Shown here: piece by piece, positions 14,194-27,993 of the stretch
Layout: every line of letters begins with the position of its first letter
Position numbering within the stretch: position 1 is the stretch's first letter
Source: Lytechinus pictus
Lineage: Eukaryota
Length of the DNA: 64,000 nucleotides
Assembly: GCF_037042905.1 (NCBI RefSeq)
Contig: NC_087251.1
Span: forward strand, 5,396,001 to 5,460,000
Reading direction: 5' to 3'
Notes under the pieces: generated by a model
Database searches by the model: none
Seen by the model: only the letters and a program-made list of their open reading frames with translations
What the model was told of the DNA's origin: nothing
Program-made: the position numbers and the translations under genes

Positions 14194-15162
14194 CAGTGCG
14201 TATCAAAAAAAAGTTTACACTTTGAAAAAGCCCTGGAAATTCAAAAATATACAACATGTGGGTAATATTTTCACATCTAATCTTGGGTTTGGGTCCCATC
14301 TATCCAATGAAAGTAAAAGTTTTGACAGAATTTTACACTTGAGTGATCACTGTCCATTTTTGTAAAGCTCGCAGAAATCTGTTTGCGCAGAAATGCTCGT
14401 TTTTACGGGCCAAATCAAACTTACCCTGCGAAACATTTATCACACATTTCCCTTGCACGTTTAGTCAATTGAAATAAAACGGATACATTCAAGCATTTTG
14501 TAACAATTTTGCCACCCAAATTGAAATTTCAACATTTAGTAGGCACAACCTTTACCCTTTTTGTGCCAGCTGGATCTGAGGACATAACTGAAACTGAACA
14601 AAAGTTTATATCAGACATCTCCAGCATTTTTTCACTGAGTTTTAATACTTTAAAGTGGGTTTACATTTCATTTTACATTTAATACTTGTTTCTCCACACT
14701 TGTCCCAAGCTTGACAATGATTAACAAAATTAAAATCAAGCCTAAGCCATTTCATGTAAATCACAGCTCAGTGTAAAGCAAATATCGTCTCGATGGCCTC
14801 GGTGTGTGGGGGAGTGGGGTGGGGCGCAATGCACTCTTCGAAGTGTTTTGGGCAAGGAAATAAGTTTAAAAAGGTAACATATATCTTCAAATCAATTTTA
14901 CTAGCTAAATTCCTCAATTTCTTCATGATTAAGGTCTACTTTTATTTGCATAACTATTTCAAAGTTCTGCGCAAATAATTTTTCACTAAATTTTCAAAAG
15001 TAAGTGGTGCTCACTCAAGCGAAAATATTTTTCGACAGTTATATCGTCATTTGCTTAAATGGATCTGTACCAATGTTAAAATGTGGAAAGATCTTCAGGA
15101 TATTACAAATGTATCATTTTACAGGATTTGTTCAAAGTGTAAACTTTTTTTGATACGCACTG
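14194..15162. mobile_element. non-autonomous Tc1/mariner-type element (~970 bp)
   Basis: ta|cagtgcgtatcaaaaaaaagtttacactttgaa ... ttcaaagtgtaaacttttttttgatacgcactg|ta. CAGT termini, TA TSD, no transposase ORF. Confidence 0.9.
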
Positions 15163-16226
15163 TATAGGTGGATTTCAGCACCCTTCCCTCCTAAAAACAC
15201 ACTCACACACATATTTTCGGCACAGCCCCTCGTACTTTATTTGAGTTCTCAGTATGACAGAAGCATCATTATATTTGGCAATTACATGATGACCTTTTCA
15301 CAAGTGTTGATCTCTCACATCCACTGCATTTTTTTCTTACATCGTTATATTTTTATATTTATGTACATTAATTTTATTCTTTTTAGTTCTTAAATTGAAT
15401 ATGAATTTTTAAATTTAACGTGAAATCAACATAAAATCATTTTCTTTACCTTATGTTTACGAATACTAGTAGCAAAACATTCTGTCCACTGACTAATGAT
15501 GGGGTAGGGTTTTTAGATTTAGCTTCCGTTTACATAATTATTTCCTTTTAGAATCCATTAAGGCGGGCTCTAACTGATACAGGTCCATGTTGGTTGTCTC
15601 CGATATTCTATATTCAAGATTACTCTATATCGCTTGCTCGATGTGCTCGCTCTTTAAGGTGATGGTCAGTAATTACTTGATTCCAGATAGATGATGACGA
15701 TCAAGCATTCCGTGAAAGCAACTAAAAAACCCATAACAGCTGATGTGACAAGGGAAATAATGACAACGAATAAAATAAGCCTGTGATTTATCAATAAAAT
15801 TAGATAAGCAGGTGAAAATGACAGGATGCCTTTTTTCAATGCAAACAAATTCTGCAAATTATGTGATCTAATACATTAATATATTACTACAGTAGGTGAA
15901 TTGCATTCGCATAATGTATAAGGTATTTTGCCTAAATCAATATTGAAGAACAATTCTATTACGAAAAAAGTGCTTAATCTACCAGCTCGCTATACCCACT
16001 CGTATTTTATGAAAGAGGATGGCTTTAGAGGCAAATAATCTATATGCAGGAAGTATATGCAGAATAGTAATATTTGAGTTGACATGCCTCTTTCTCACTT
16101 CCGCTGATCATTCGCTTCTCTGTCGCACTTGTAATCGAGCTACATTGTTCTCTATGGTTTACCCCCAAGGCCCAAAGAAATATTTATCAAAAACACTTTT
16201 CGTTGAAGGCTGACCAACCCCCCCCA

Positions 16227-16257
<31 letters not shown>

Positions 16258-16534
16258 CACACGAGACTACCGCGCTTTGCGCGTATGGTGGTAAAATTTC
16301 ACTTTTTTCTCTGTCACAAACACGCATCGCTAGTCATGTTCTTTGATTCAAACTTTTATGGAACGAGAAGGGAATACTACCCCTGCATCCATGCACTTCC
16401 CCCATTGAGAACGCTTGGTGCCCCCTTCCCCTCGTTTTGTGACCAACGATACACCATTTATTCTGCATACAGCAAAACTAACCGATGGCACAGCCATATT
16501 GTTTCGTGTATGTTTTATTTTAATTTTTTTTTTC

Positions 16535-16775
16535 GGGGGGAGGGGGGGGGCTCAGCTGTCCGAATTTTAGCAACTTAGCTAACATATACAATCTAACAGG
16601 GGAGGGGGTCAGTTGACTAAATTTTAGCAAATTAGCTAACATATACAACCTATCAGGGGGGGGGGGCTCAGTTGACTAAATTTTAGCAACTTACCTAACA
16701 TATACAATCTATCAGAAGGGGGGTTGGCATAGTTGACTAAATTTTAGCAACTTAGGTAACATATACAATCTATCA
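16535..16775 (+). repeat. ~58-60 bp minisatellite, 4 units
   Basis: Unit ggggggctcagttgactaaattttagcaacttagctaacatatacaatctatca repeated four times. Confidence 0.9.
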
Positions 16776-18959
16776 ATCAGAGGATAATGATATTCCATTC
16801 TCTGAGCTTCAGAATTGACAGAAGAAGACACTTATGGCAATAAACACTGTAGGGTTAAATTTTTTACGATCTTACAATTAAAATCGACAAAAAACAAGGG
16901 AAGGAACCCGCGTAATGTGTGTGCGGGGGGTGTCCTTCGGGTCTTAAATTTGTTTTTATAACTAGTTCTTATGCAAAATCTAAGATAGTCTAAAGTGTCT
17001 ACTTATCAACATACACAGAATAATTGTTTTGTTGCTCCGTTCGCTTTAATATTTCCGAAAACAGTGCGTTATTTAAAAAACTCAGTCCCACACCTTTTCC
17101 CTATTATTGTACAGCTCGAAGAAAGTAGCAAAACGTCTCCTGTCCACATCATCTAGATACATTTAGCAGTATATACTAAAGCCATCATGGAGGTAGCTCA
17201 GACAGCTGCTACCAAGTAAACTTGCAGAACAAACACAAAATGTTCCCTAATAACACGAAGGATCTGGAATTATTTTATTTGACTCTCCTGCTTATAATTT
17301 CGAATGCAAATACCATCGTTCGAGAAATCACAATCATCTTTTTACACAACGCGAATTACTGACGTGATGCGTTGCTAAATGTCTCCCTTGAACCTATACA
17401 ATAACATGCTTAATTTTCTCTTTTAAATATTATGTTTTACTTGGTTTGTACTTCTGTTATTGATTTTGAAACAGAGTGAATTCGTAACACTCGAGCAATC
17501 TACATTTCATGGAACACGCAGATTGCATCCCTCTCAACAGCTGGACTATGGAATTATAGGATGCTTGATCCCCAATTATATGTATAAAATTATACATTGT
17601 CAAGTTTTGGCCAATAGTGAACATAATCTGATAAAATAGTATTTTGCTTTTATGCTTCGACAAGTTTAAGACAAACAACGCGTTGATATAATTATTTATA
17701 GTCTTTGAAATCTAAGAAACCATGAAAAATCAAAGGTTTACCGTTTAATAAGGCGTCATCAATCATCTGTAAATACCTCTTGCATAATAATCGGAGAGAG
17801 AGATTTAAAAATGTCCAGGTTACAAGATTTAAGAACAAAATTCGGTAAATAACTGCACTCTTACAACCACAAAATGACCACGCAACCAAAGTGAAATGAT
17901 AAACCACAAGCATTGTTACTCGCGCTTGGTAATTGGTTCATTTATTCACAATCATCAGTGTTTTTCCCTCGTATCGCTTATTAGTTTTCAATTAATGTTA
18001 ACAGTTCAGTTATACTAATAGCTCAAATTGATTATCTACATGGAGATATATGTATGCATGTTTGAAAGCACTGAGTCGCACATCATTCATTTAACATATT
18101 TTTACTGAAATCATCCCTGTATTTACAATAAACCACATGATTTATACCCCAAAAAATAATGAGAAGATAAACATTCATCGTTTTTGCAGCGCACTTAGAA
18201 ATATTTTTTAATGGTTTAATCAGTTCATTTTCTTTGTGACCTTTCCATTAAAAGAATAATTGACTGCTCTTAAATTTAAACATCAAAGAACTTAAAGCTA
18301 AAGGAACAGCTCAAATTTTCGTAACATTCGCTCATGTCCGGAAAAATAACATGAAGTCAGAGGTCATCTTAGTTAATACACCTAAACAAACTGAACAATT
18401 AATATACCACTGCTTGTGCTTTCATTATAGTGTGTCAATAATTTCAGCCTGGGCGCCAGATAGCTATACTCATTAACACCAATTTACGATTAATCGTCGG
18501 GATCATTACTCTCAATTTGCTGGTGAACCAGAAAGTCCTGCAAGAATGAATTATTGTAAATATTATTTTGTTGGAGAAAACTGTTTGTGCATCAGCATGC
18601 AATCATTCAACAAATCTCATCTGTAAAGACATTTTAACTCAAGACAAAGAAAAATATTTCTGTGCCAGCATTTTTGTGTTTACAGGCAAATGTTAATAAT
18701 AGCCGTAATGCTTTGTATTCCTAAAGCAAATATAATACAAAGGTCCTTCCTGACCTGTATGCTAATGATTTGTATACGAAAATAGAACGTTGTGAATATG
18801 TTTAACTGAGAAAAGGCGTGGTACCCATGGCAACGATATGAATAAAAACAATTTTTTTTTCAAACAAAGAATGTGACCAAGCGTACTGGAGATTTCGGGT
18901 GAAAAATCAGTCTAATTAAACCGTAAAAAAATTACTGCAAAACAAGAGGAACATTTCAT

Positions 18960-19114
18960 GAAGAAGATGAATGTGATGTAAAGAAGAAAAAGAAGAAGAA
19001 GAAGAAGAAGAAGGAGGAGAAGAAGAAAAAGAAGAAGAAGAAAAAGAAGAAGAAGGAGAAGAAGTAGGAAGAGAAGAAGAAGAAGAAGAAAAAAAAAAGA
19101 AAAAAAAAAAGAAG
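18960..19114 (+). repeat. (GAA)n microsatellite
   Basis: gaagaagaagaa... purine tract. Confidence 0.95.
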
Positions 19115-20264
19115 ATTGAGTAAAGTAAGAAGACGCAAAAATCTACTATATCCAAGATCTTGTATTGCAATATATAGCTCACTTTTTAATTAGAAGAGAG
19201 TAAAAATCTGCCCGATTGTGTACATAACACTTTCAATTGACACATGTTACACTTGTTCTAATTACAAGTGACAGATGCTACCGAGTTTATATGATGACAT
19301 TTATTGATTTGCTGTCTCTCTTAAAATGATCTCATTCACCATCACGATATCATTGAATATCAGATTTGAAATACCAATTCATGAAGTAGTTTATACAGTA
19401 TATGTGTTTTTGTCCCATGTATTACCGAGTATTAACTGCTTTAAAAACAAGAAGACTCCCTCCATTTCCACATCGGGATGATTATATCCAAGGGGTGGGG
19501 AAGGGGGAGGGGCTAGAGTATGAAAATGGGAATGGTATCCTGAACTATTTCAAGACAAGTATGCAAATGAAGGAGGAAGTATAGAGTATCAGGGGTATCA
19601 AGTCGTCGGAGCAATTGTTTTAAATCGTATTTTAAATGTAATAGTTGTGTAAGGCGAATGTTTCGCTGTTATTGCTACCTCCTTTATTCATTCCAAGATT
19701 CGTTGATACCTTTCTCACAAGTCCTAAACCCCAACCCCGGACCAACAAGCAATTTCCGTTAACATATTTTTAGTACTGAAAACTTTTTAAAATATCTTTC
19801 TACACTTTTTCCAGGTTTCTCCAGATATGTTCGTTATAATGGGGAAATGTATGGAATGTCTTTTTGAAACCTTCCCCCGATATATCTTTTCGCATTGTGC
19901 CCACTTCCTGAAGCTAAAGCGTGACTAGAGCTTTGATGAAACTTGGAAAAATATCAGTGCTCTGTCCTCTTTGTGTGGTCAGTCCCCCATGGAATAGTTT
20001 TAAAAGAAACACAATAATTCAGAGAAAGATATACGTTTATATACTAAAGAAAATAGTGGGATTTGTTTGATACTTTAAACATTCACGTTTATGTTGGTGA
20101 TTGACTCTTTTTGGTTGCTACATTGTATATCAGTTACCTTTTGGATTAATTTTAATTCACTACGGTACTCCTTACAAAACAATAAAAAGTAAAAGAATAA
20201 ATCGTTAGTAGAATATATAATAATTCATGCAAAAAGCTAGGATATCAGGATTATGTATCATTAA

Positions 20265-20860
20265 AGGTCAAGTCAACACCAGAATAATAATGATTTGAAT
20301 CAATGGAGAAAAAATGAATGAGTATAATGCTGAAAATTTCACCAAAATCGGATGTAAAATAACAAAGTTATGACATTTCAAAGTTTCGCCTATTTTTTCA
20401 CAAAACAGTGATATGCACAATTCAGCAACATGCAAATGAGAGAGTCGATGATGTCCCCCACTCACTATTTATTTTGTTTTATATTGTTTGAATTGTACAA
20501 TATTTCAATTTTTACAGATTTGACAATAAGAACCAACTTAACTGAACCATAAAATGTTAAAACAATGGTTATTCCACATTTAAGGAAGATATAAAACTTT
20601 GTTTTACAGGACAATGAGGAGAAATTTACAATATTCCATATAAAAAAATACAAAATAAATAGTGAGTGGATGACATCATCAGTTCCCTCAATAGCATACC
20701 GACCAGTATGTGCATATAACTGTTTTGTAAAATTAAGCGAAACTTCAAAATGCCATAACTTTCTTATTTTACATCCGATTTTGATGAGATGTTCAGTGTT
20801 ATGCTTGTTTTATTTTTATCTTTTTATTGAAATTAAATTTTGTTGGGGTGGACTTGTCCT
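20265..20860. mobile_element. Kolobok-like MITE
   Basis: ttaa|aggtcaagtcaacacca ... tggggtggacttgtcct. Long internal inverted symmetry (aaaatcggatgtaaaataa / ttattttacatccgatttt). Right TTAA not preserved. Confidence 0.75.
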
Positions 20861-21094
20861 ATCTAGTCGCAGGTTGCTATTCAAGCCAACTGTAACTCCA
20901 AACGTAAAGTCAAATGTGATCATATCTTGAAGCAGATGCGGCTCCACAGTAGGATGGGAACGATCGCTCACCGTGATTTTGAATGTAGTATAACAGGAAA
21001 GAGAAAAGGGGATAAAGGCGAGAAAAGTGAAAAAATTGCATAAAAGAGAGTTCTTTGCTGTGTAACTCTGTAATACCAATATCATTGTATTGAG

Positions 21095-21255
21095 AGATAA
21101 TGACGTCTCCTTTAGTTTGACTTGCCCCACCCCCGCCCCCGCCCTAGTCCACGTCCTGGACGATTTTTATTGATTGGGCACACCCTATCGGACCGTACCC
21201 CCGCGCGCACACATAACCAACACACACATGCCCTGTTACCATGGTTACAACCAAT
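21095..21255. promoter_or_regulatory. promoter-like motif cluster
   Basis: CRE-like tgacgtc (21101), tandem GC boxes ccccgcccccgccc (21131-21144), inverted CCAAT tgattgg (21171), RFX X-box-like gttaccatggttac (21235). Minus-strand donor-like G|GTGAGC at 20966-20971. Confidence 0.4.
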
Positions 21256-21258
21256 AAT

Positions 21259-22498
21259 AGCCACCTTTCGCAAACCTCAGGGACGGTAAGATTAGGGTCC
21301 CCTAACACAAAAATTAACGATTAATCGTACATTCGATTTTCACGAGTAATTGTACATTATAATCAATGGAATCAATCATAGAAAACTGTTCTGCATTCAT
21401 TGCTAAGCTTTGTGATACAGGCCCTATAGATCTGCTTTTCGTGTGCAAAATTCTTTTACGCGACACCCGTTTTCATGCATGTGTACCTCTGGTCATCATC
21501 GTATATGCCCCCTGAGCCGGCGGCGAACCTCTACTAGCTATGACAGCTGGCTGGAGATATTCGAAATGCAGGGCCCCTCAATAGATTATGACATGGATAA
21601 GAAAGTGGTTTTTCAAACAAATCGAGTCCATATTGAGTGAGGAAAAACTTACTGAATTAAGGCTTAGATATAGATCATTACAGTCCATCGAATCGATATT
21701 GCATTTAATGTGGATTATTGGTGGATCACTGGCAATTGATTCCATGGGTCAGATGACCTCTCCAGCTGAAACCATTTCGCATGCGTTGATATGTACACAG
21801 CATGTATACGTCTGAATACCAGCCGAAATTGCGGGGTTTTTCTTTTGTTTACTCCTTCTACACAAACGATATGCCTCTAGCACACAATGTAATGGGCATT
21901 CTGTTTCACTTTCCCCAGAAATGGGAGATTAGATTCAAATTCCCAGGAGGACCACTTCCATTGATGAGTGGATACCAGGCACGACCATGCGGTTTCGAAA
22001 AGCACCCCAAACAAGGGAAGCAAGGCTTTTCCAGATTATAAAAATGCATCTCTTAACAAGCATTTGGCTTGTGAAACCCTACAAGTATAGGAAATATATC
22101 ACTTTTTTTCAGTATTTTAAACATCGTTTTTTACACCCTTATAACGTTACAAAGGCCTATATACCTAACGTACTTGCCCACTCTGTCCCCTTTTACGCGT
22201 GTTCGCGCCTGGTATCCACTCGTCAATGGAAGTGGGCCCCCCGGGCGGCCTCTCGAGCTCTGAGAGGAAACAAATGTGGCTCTGGAAAGTCGTCCTAAAT
22301 CGGATATGTCGCTGTTACCATAGTATTTTGCACACGAACCTCAAATTGATGTTTCCGTTGCAGATGCGAAAGCTAAACAAAATCCTCATGTCACATAATT
22401 TAAATTGCAGGACAGCCTTTTACGACGGGCCCAAAAGTCTCTTCCAAAATCAACTACCGTCGTAAATAAGCGTTCGTGTTCTCTAACGAAAGGTCGGG
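21259..22498 (+). mobile_element. composite non-autonomous DNA transposon 'C', copy 1 (AAT TSD)
   Basis: aat|agccacctttcg ... cgaaaggtcggg|aat. Homologous to 42877-44095 and 47918-49175. Contains two nested MITEs. Confidence 0.85.
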
Positions 22499-22692
22499 AA
22501 TATCGGTTGTAACACGCCCTCTACTGATTCACTTACCCCCGTGATTCACCTTACCACTGATTCACTTTCCCCGAAAAAAAAAATTCATGTGACTATTCAG
22601 GGGGTGTGTGTATGCGTGTTATGGGGATGTAGTGTGTTATTGTGTTTGGTAGTCGTATCGTACAAAATAACAACAGTCCAGGAGGTGGACTA

Positions 22693-22821
22693 CCCCCGCC
22701 CCTCCCAGTGAGCCATACACCCTGTCTTGAAGTGGATCATCCCCGCCCCTCCCAGTGAGCCATACACCCTGTAATCCCCGCCCCTCCCAGTGAGCCATAC
22801 ACCCTGTCTTGAAGTGGATCA
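22693..22821 (+). repeat. tandem repeat, 3 units of ccccgcccctcccagtgagccatacaccctgt
   Basis: Direct repeats visible at 22693, 22741 and 22775. Confidence 0.85.
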
Positions 22822-22918
22822 TCTCAATATGGTACGGCATATTCGTAAAACATATCATTACTGTTATCAAACTTGATTCCATTAAAAATGGAGGATCAAA
22901 TAATTGATAAATGGGCAG

Positions 22919-23023
22919 TAAATATATAATGAATTAAAAACAGATTGCAACAAACTTGAATTGGAAATATATAATGAAATATATAATGAATTAAAAACAG
23001 ATTGCAACAAACTTGAATTGGAA
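22919..23023 (+). repeat. tandem duplication (~58 bp period)
   Basis: aaatatataatgaattaaaaacagattgcaacaaacttgaattggaaa occurs twice. Confidence 0.85.
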
Positions 23024-23950
23024 AGAAGAAAATAATGAATGTTAAATTGAAGACTAATGAAAGAAAAAATAAAATGATATCAACATAGTATAAAAGAGCA
23101 AAAGAACACAACCAAGCGAAAATATAAAACTATTCCTGGTAAGACGGGGGTATTTTGATCACGTGATCATTCTTTTTTCCCTATGGATTGACATATCATG
23201 ACAATGTTCAGGTGATATGTGAATCACTCTTCACTGCATAATTTTTCTGATTGAAAGTTCTTCTGAATTCATGTTCAATTCATCTCCTGTCCGCCACACG
23301 AATGAAAAGGTGAATATGACAAGCTATCTAGATATTATATTTCCCTCTGCTGGAAAGCAACGAAACTACAATCTTTTTACAAATTGGCAGTACTACAAAG
23401 TTCTAAAACTATGATCATGCTGATGATCCCCCTTCCATCTATTCATTTTTTTGTCATTTGAATAATATTATATTGTTACTCATTATATAAATGTTTTTGT
23501 TAGCCCTCAGAAAATATGGAATTAATCTTGCTCACTTAACATTAATTTATTAATGAAAAACCTTATAGGGGATCAGTCCATTTGGAAACGCGCCAGAATA
23601 CATTTATTTTAGTGTACATATTATGTACCAAGAGTCATGATTATTGTTGAACATGGATTGGCTGTTTTTGCTTTAGACAGTGGATGACGTATGTCGATTT
23701 ACTCGGGCGTCCATTATTTCATCTATGACACTGCCAACATATATTGCAAACAATATACAACCTTTAATGTTCCTTTATGTTGTTATTTTGCACGCTAGTG
23801 TTTTGGAATATTAACAATTCACATCAATAAGTAAATAAGGTAAATATATATTGATCTATGCGACATGGTCAAAATCTACCATTGATTTCTATGATTAAAT
23901 CTAAATAATAAAAATTTTGTTATTCCTTTTCTTAGATTTTACAGTGTTTA

Positions 23951-23980
23951 TAGCACGAACCGTCGCGACGGTTCGTGCTA
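23951..23980. repeat. perfect 30-bp palindrome
   Basis: tagcacgaaccgtcgcgacggttcgtgcta equals its own reverse complement. Confidence 0.95.
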
Positions 23981-26290
23981 GCGTCGTGTGTATACAGATA
24001 CGATGTTGTTTTCTTGATCATTGAAATGTTGTTGTTGTGTTTGTTTGCACACAATAAGATGATGTGATATCTATCATGTTTGTTTTAGTTGTTGTTGTTG
24101 TTATTAATATTATATCGATAATAAACCAGTACCAATCAAATCAGGGGACTTGAGTAGCCTAGAAGAAGGTGATCGTATTTTGGTAATGTGTTTTAGACCC
24201 GCAGGTTAAGATTGTCAGTGTGGGTCATATAGGGCGGAAGACGATACGAGTAAATTGGATTTGGGACCCAACTCTATATACCATAATAGAGAAATAAAGA
24301 AATATTTCAATCGTACAGAATACACTGTCAATTTTAAGGAAAGCTTGAATGTTGAAATTGCCCCCTATATACATCAACAGTAGAATATATTTTGTCACGT
24401 TTGGTTGTCGCTATTTTGAACTTCATTATTTAATTTACTGCCGCCTTTATCTTTGTTGTGGTGGAAGATTTAAAGCACCCAGTGCATGCGTCAATCACAT
24501 ACCGTTTTTACATTGCATTAGACATCTGATACAACGTATAATCTAATGCTAAAATTACATGAATTACAGTTAATGAAGACCTTATGACTGCATTGTATTT
24601 GATATAATGAGTTTCAATTCCCTTTTTTTATACTTTCAATTATTAAACGCACCCTTTCAAAAGAGATTTCATAGATAACACAAGTGAAATGAAAGGCATG
24701 CACGATTTTAATACCCTTTAGGACAATTAAAAAACAATAATAAACAAGTAAGATTGGAAGAGGATGATGAATGATATGAGAAGATTGGATATTGCTCAAG
24801 GGTAATTTCAGCAAGAGAGAATGGCGTATGAACATTTTCAAAACAATGTACTTTATAATTTACAACATTAATATTTTTCTCACCATTTATTTTTTTTGCT
24901 GAGTTTATCGAACATCACTAACACCATTAATATAAATTACAATGAATATTAAATTATATGTACTTCAATGAAAACAATGTGTGATTACCTCAGCAATGAC
25001 TTTATGTATAGTTTACATTTTAAAGTGTGATGCTTTGGAACTATCTGATTATTCATGAATTTCCTTTACGTGGCATTTTAAAAAACCTCTCTTCCTCTCA
25101 TGAATATACAAGGCTGCGATGATAAACTTGAAAACAAAATTATCATGATCACCATGCCATTCCATTAGAGCATATTTTTGTCCGATAGTGGTATTCTGAG
25201 ACATGACAAGTAACGATTTTACTTCAGGCTAAAATTTTCTTTTCTATCGAAGCTAAAAAGGCAAACATCAATATTTTCTATCAAAGTTAACAAGGATAGC
25301 CCGGGGATATTGCTTGAAATAATTGCAATTATCTGAGTCAGATCCGGAGAAATTCTCCAGTTCAACCCCCCCCCCATTCACCGATTATTAATGAACATGT
25401 ATCATTAAATATTGCTCACATATTACTACATTCTCCGAATGGATACCTTTGACTAATTCTTTAATCATTTCAGTTGGAATATATTGAGCTTAAAATGTTG
25501 GAAAAAGCGTTCTATGAGGAACAGTAGAGGGCGCCAATGTGCTTTTACCCCAGGCTTGATCAAATCATGGTTTTGATATCTAAGTGTCCATAGTTTGAAA
25601 TCATAAATCTAGGTTATTAGTGCTCCCAACATGTATAAATTGAAAACAAAAGGAGCTCAACTTTTCGCTGTATCGACATATTTTGATTTTACATCCCTAT
25701 TTCAAATAGCGAACAGAAGAAGATAAAGTCTCATATGCATGTATATCTGTGATAATAAAGAGATGGAAATTTTAAACATGAAGGCCCTAATCTTCATCTA
25801 TTGATGAAAAGTATTGTCGAAAGTAAGTGTATATTTTTAACACTTATTTATTTATTTATTTGTTTGTTTATGTAGTTCCACTTTTCATTTTCATATTTGA
25901 TATAGCTTGTGAATGATTAATTTACTTTGTGTTATGTATATATATGATTTTTAATCGAGAGTGAAATAAGTGCAAATTGAACTAAATTGAAAGAATTTAC
26001 TAATGTAGAAAGATAAAGTATGCGAGCCCAAACATAAAAGACGGACTAGTCATTGAGAAGAGAATGCCGGAACTAACCTTAAAAAATATCATTACTTATC
26101 AAAGTATAGGCTACAGCAACAAAAATGTTCAATTTATGAATCTCATATGATATGCATTTTATTGATGCATCACAGTTTAAACATTTAATTATGACTTAAT
26201 TTCAGAGAGCGAGCAAAAATATATACAGGCACAAGCACACCCGCTTCCCAGGTCCATGCATAGGACTATAGGTCTATTATTTCAGCGGCA

Positions 26291-26934
26291 GAGTGTCTGT
26301 TCAGACCGGCAGAGATAGCGCGATCTAGCGCGCGCTAGATCGCGCTATCTCTGCGGTGTGGAAGGTACAACGTCGTTTCGGTCCGCCCAACAGCGAGCCA
26401 CGGCGAGCCAAAACGGCGTGCCACTGGAGCACCTCTTGGGGGTGGTCCACGAGAGATAGCGCGGTCTAGCGCGCGCTAGATCGCGCTATCTCTGCCGGTG
26501 TGAACCCGAGCTACGATAGCACGCCGGAAGTCATCGTGCTGCGATCCTGCTGTGATCACGTCCACAAACACAGTTAAAATACAAGAGTCTAGAATCTAGA
26601 TTAATCAAATGAAAAAAGAAAAAAGAAATACATGCACAATGTATACAACGCCATGAAATAAACGTAGGCCGGCTAGCATAATAGGCACAGCGATATCGAG
26701 CTCTCAACTAACTAGTACGGGTTCGTAATAGCGCGCGAAATCTTTGACCGCTCTGACCTCATGACGTCACGCGTCATGGCAACAGGACCTCTCAAAAAAG
26801 GGGGTGCTACGATAGACCGCGCTATCTCACTGCGGTGTGAATCCGGCGAATGCCAATGGGCGGACCGTGGATCGCGCTACGATAGCGCGACCCACGGTCC
26901 GCCCACGGTCCCCCCTTGCGGTGTGAACAGCCTC
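26291..26934. mobile_element. GC-rich MITE (Harbinger-like ends) with internal palindromes
   Basis: gagtgtctgttcagaccg versus cggtgtgaacagcctc (imperfect TIR). Internal 46-bp perfect palindrome and repeated gatagcgcg/cgctatc motifs. Confidence 0.7.
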
Positions 26935-27497
26935 ATTAGACCAAGAGTTGTGATGCAGATAGTTTGCCGTTTGTTCTCCATCTTTAGAGAAAACTTAAGA
27001 ACAACTTTTGTGAGAAAAGATGGGAAAAAATTGAACTGAAAGGGAATTGCTTTTAGGATAGGACCATTGATATGTTGATGTAAAGGATGACCAAAGTCAA
27101 AGTGAGAATATAATTATTAAGCCAACCCTTCACACAAGACCGTTATTTTTTTATTGTTAAATTAGTTGTTGAAAGTGATTGAATTAAACAACTCTGACAA
27201 AACATTTTGTTTCCTTATTTGGTGTACGAGAAAATGTAATTTTTCTTCAAAGGAATTGTGCGATTCGATTAAATACACAAACACACTCGAATATGTGTGT
27301 TATCCCTTCAACGACAGCGGGTAGAGGATAGTAATCAGAATCTCATCATTCAAAGTGAAAACACAGCCCGCTTCTTATTAATGTATTAGATGGTCCCCGA
27401 AGAGTCTTGCCTGGATCAAACCACGTAATTAGACTTGAGGTTGATTTTACCATGGAGATATCAGCGAAATCTTACCTCCATGATTAATCTCGTAATG

Positions 27498-27785
27498 ACA
27501 TGAGCTGATAAACATCATGTAAGATGGGTTAACGTACTTGAAGATTTATCTTCCTACGCAGAATTGTACTTTACTGTATTGAACCTTCTATGTTACTGGA
27601 TGAACCTAATTCTTTTTTTATTCCATGTTTTACAAAGTTGTCATAAATGACATAAACTGATAAACATTATGTAAGATGGGTTCACGTACTTGAAGATTTC
27701 TCTTCCTACGCAGTATTGTACTATTGAACCTTTTATGTTACTGGATGAACCTACTTCTTTTTTATTCCATATTTTACAAAGCTGT
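27498..27785 (+). repeat. tandem duplication, 2 units of ~140-150 bp
   Basis: ctgataaacat.atgtaagatgggtt.acgtacttgaagattt...ttttacaaag occurs twice. Confidence 0.85.
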
Positions 27786-27805
27786 CCGTAATCTACGCAT
27801 GGCTT

Positions 27806-27993
27806 GGTTCCATGACATTTGGTCCCGCCGATGGAAAATCCGCATGTTAAGCCAAACATAAAATCTATCCTCCAACACTTAATAACCCCTAATCCTTATC
27901 TTTACATTATTCTGAACCAAAAACTATTTTACAACCCTAACTCTAACCCTTTACCCTCTGAGATATTACGACTGGACCAAATGTCGTGTCACT
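27806..27993. mobile_element. Mutator-like MITE with 9-bp TSD and internal CTAACC-like repeats
   Basis: gcatggctt|ggttccatgacatttggtcc ... ggaccaaatgtcgtgtcact|gcatgggtt (TSD 8/9). Internal accctaactctaaccct. Confidence 0.7.

Noticed and set aside
18916..19182. Poly-Ser/poly-Phe ORFs
   Set aside because: Translation of the (GAA)n microsatellite.
25522..25536. CTCF-like motif cagtagagggcgcc
   Set aside because: A single short motif match cannot be supported without binding data.
27930..27955. Interstitial telomeric repeat
   Set aside because: Only 2-3 degenerate units, internal to a MITE.
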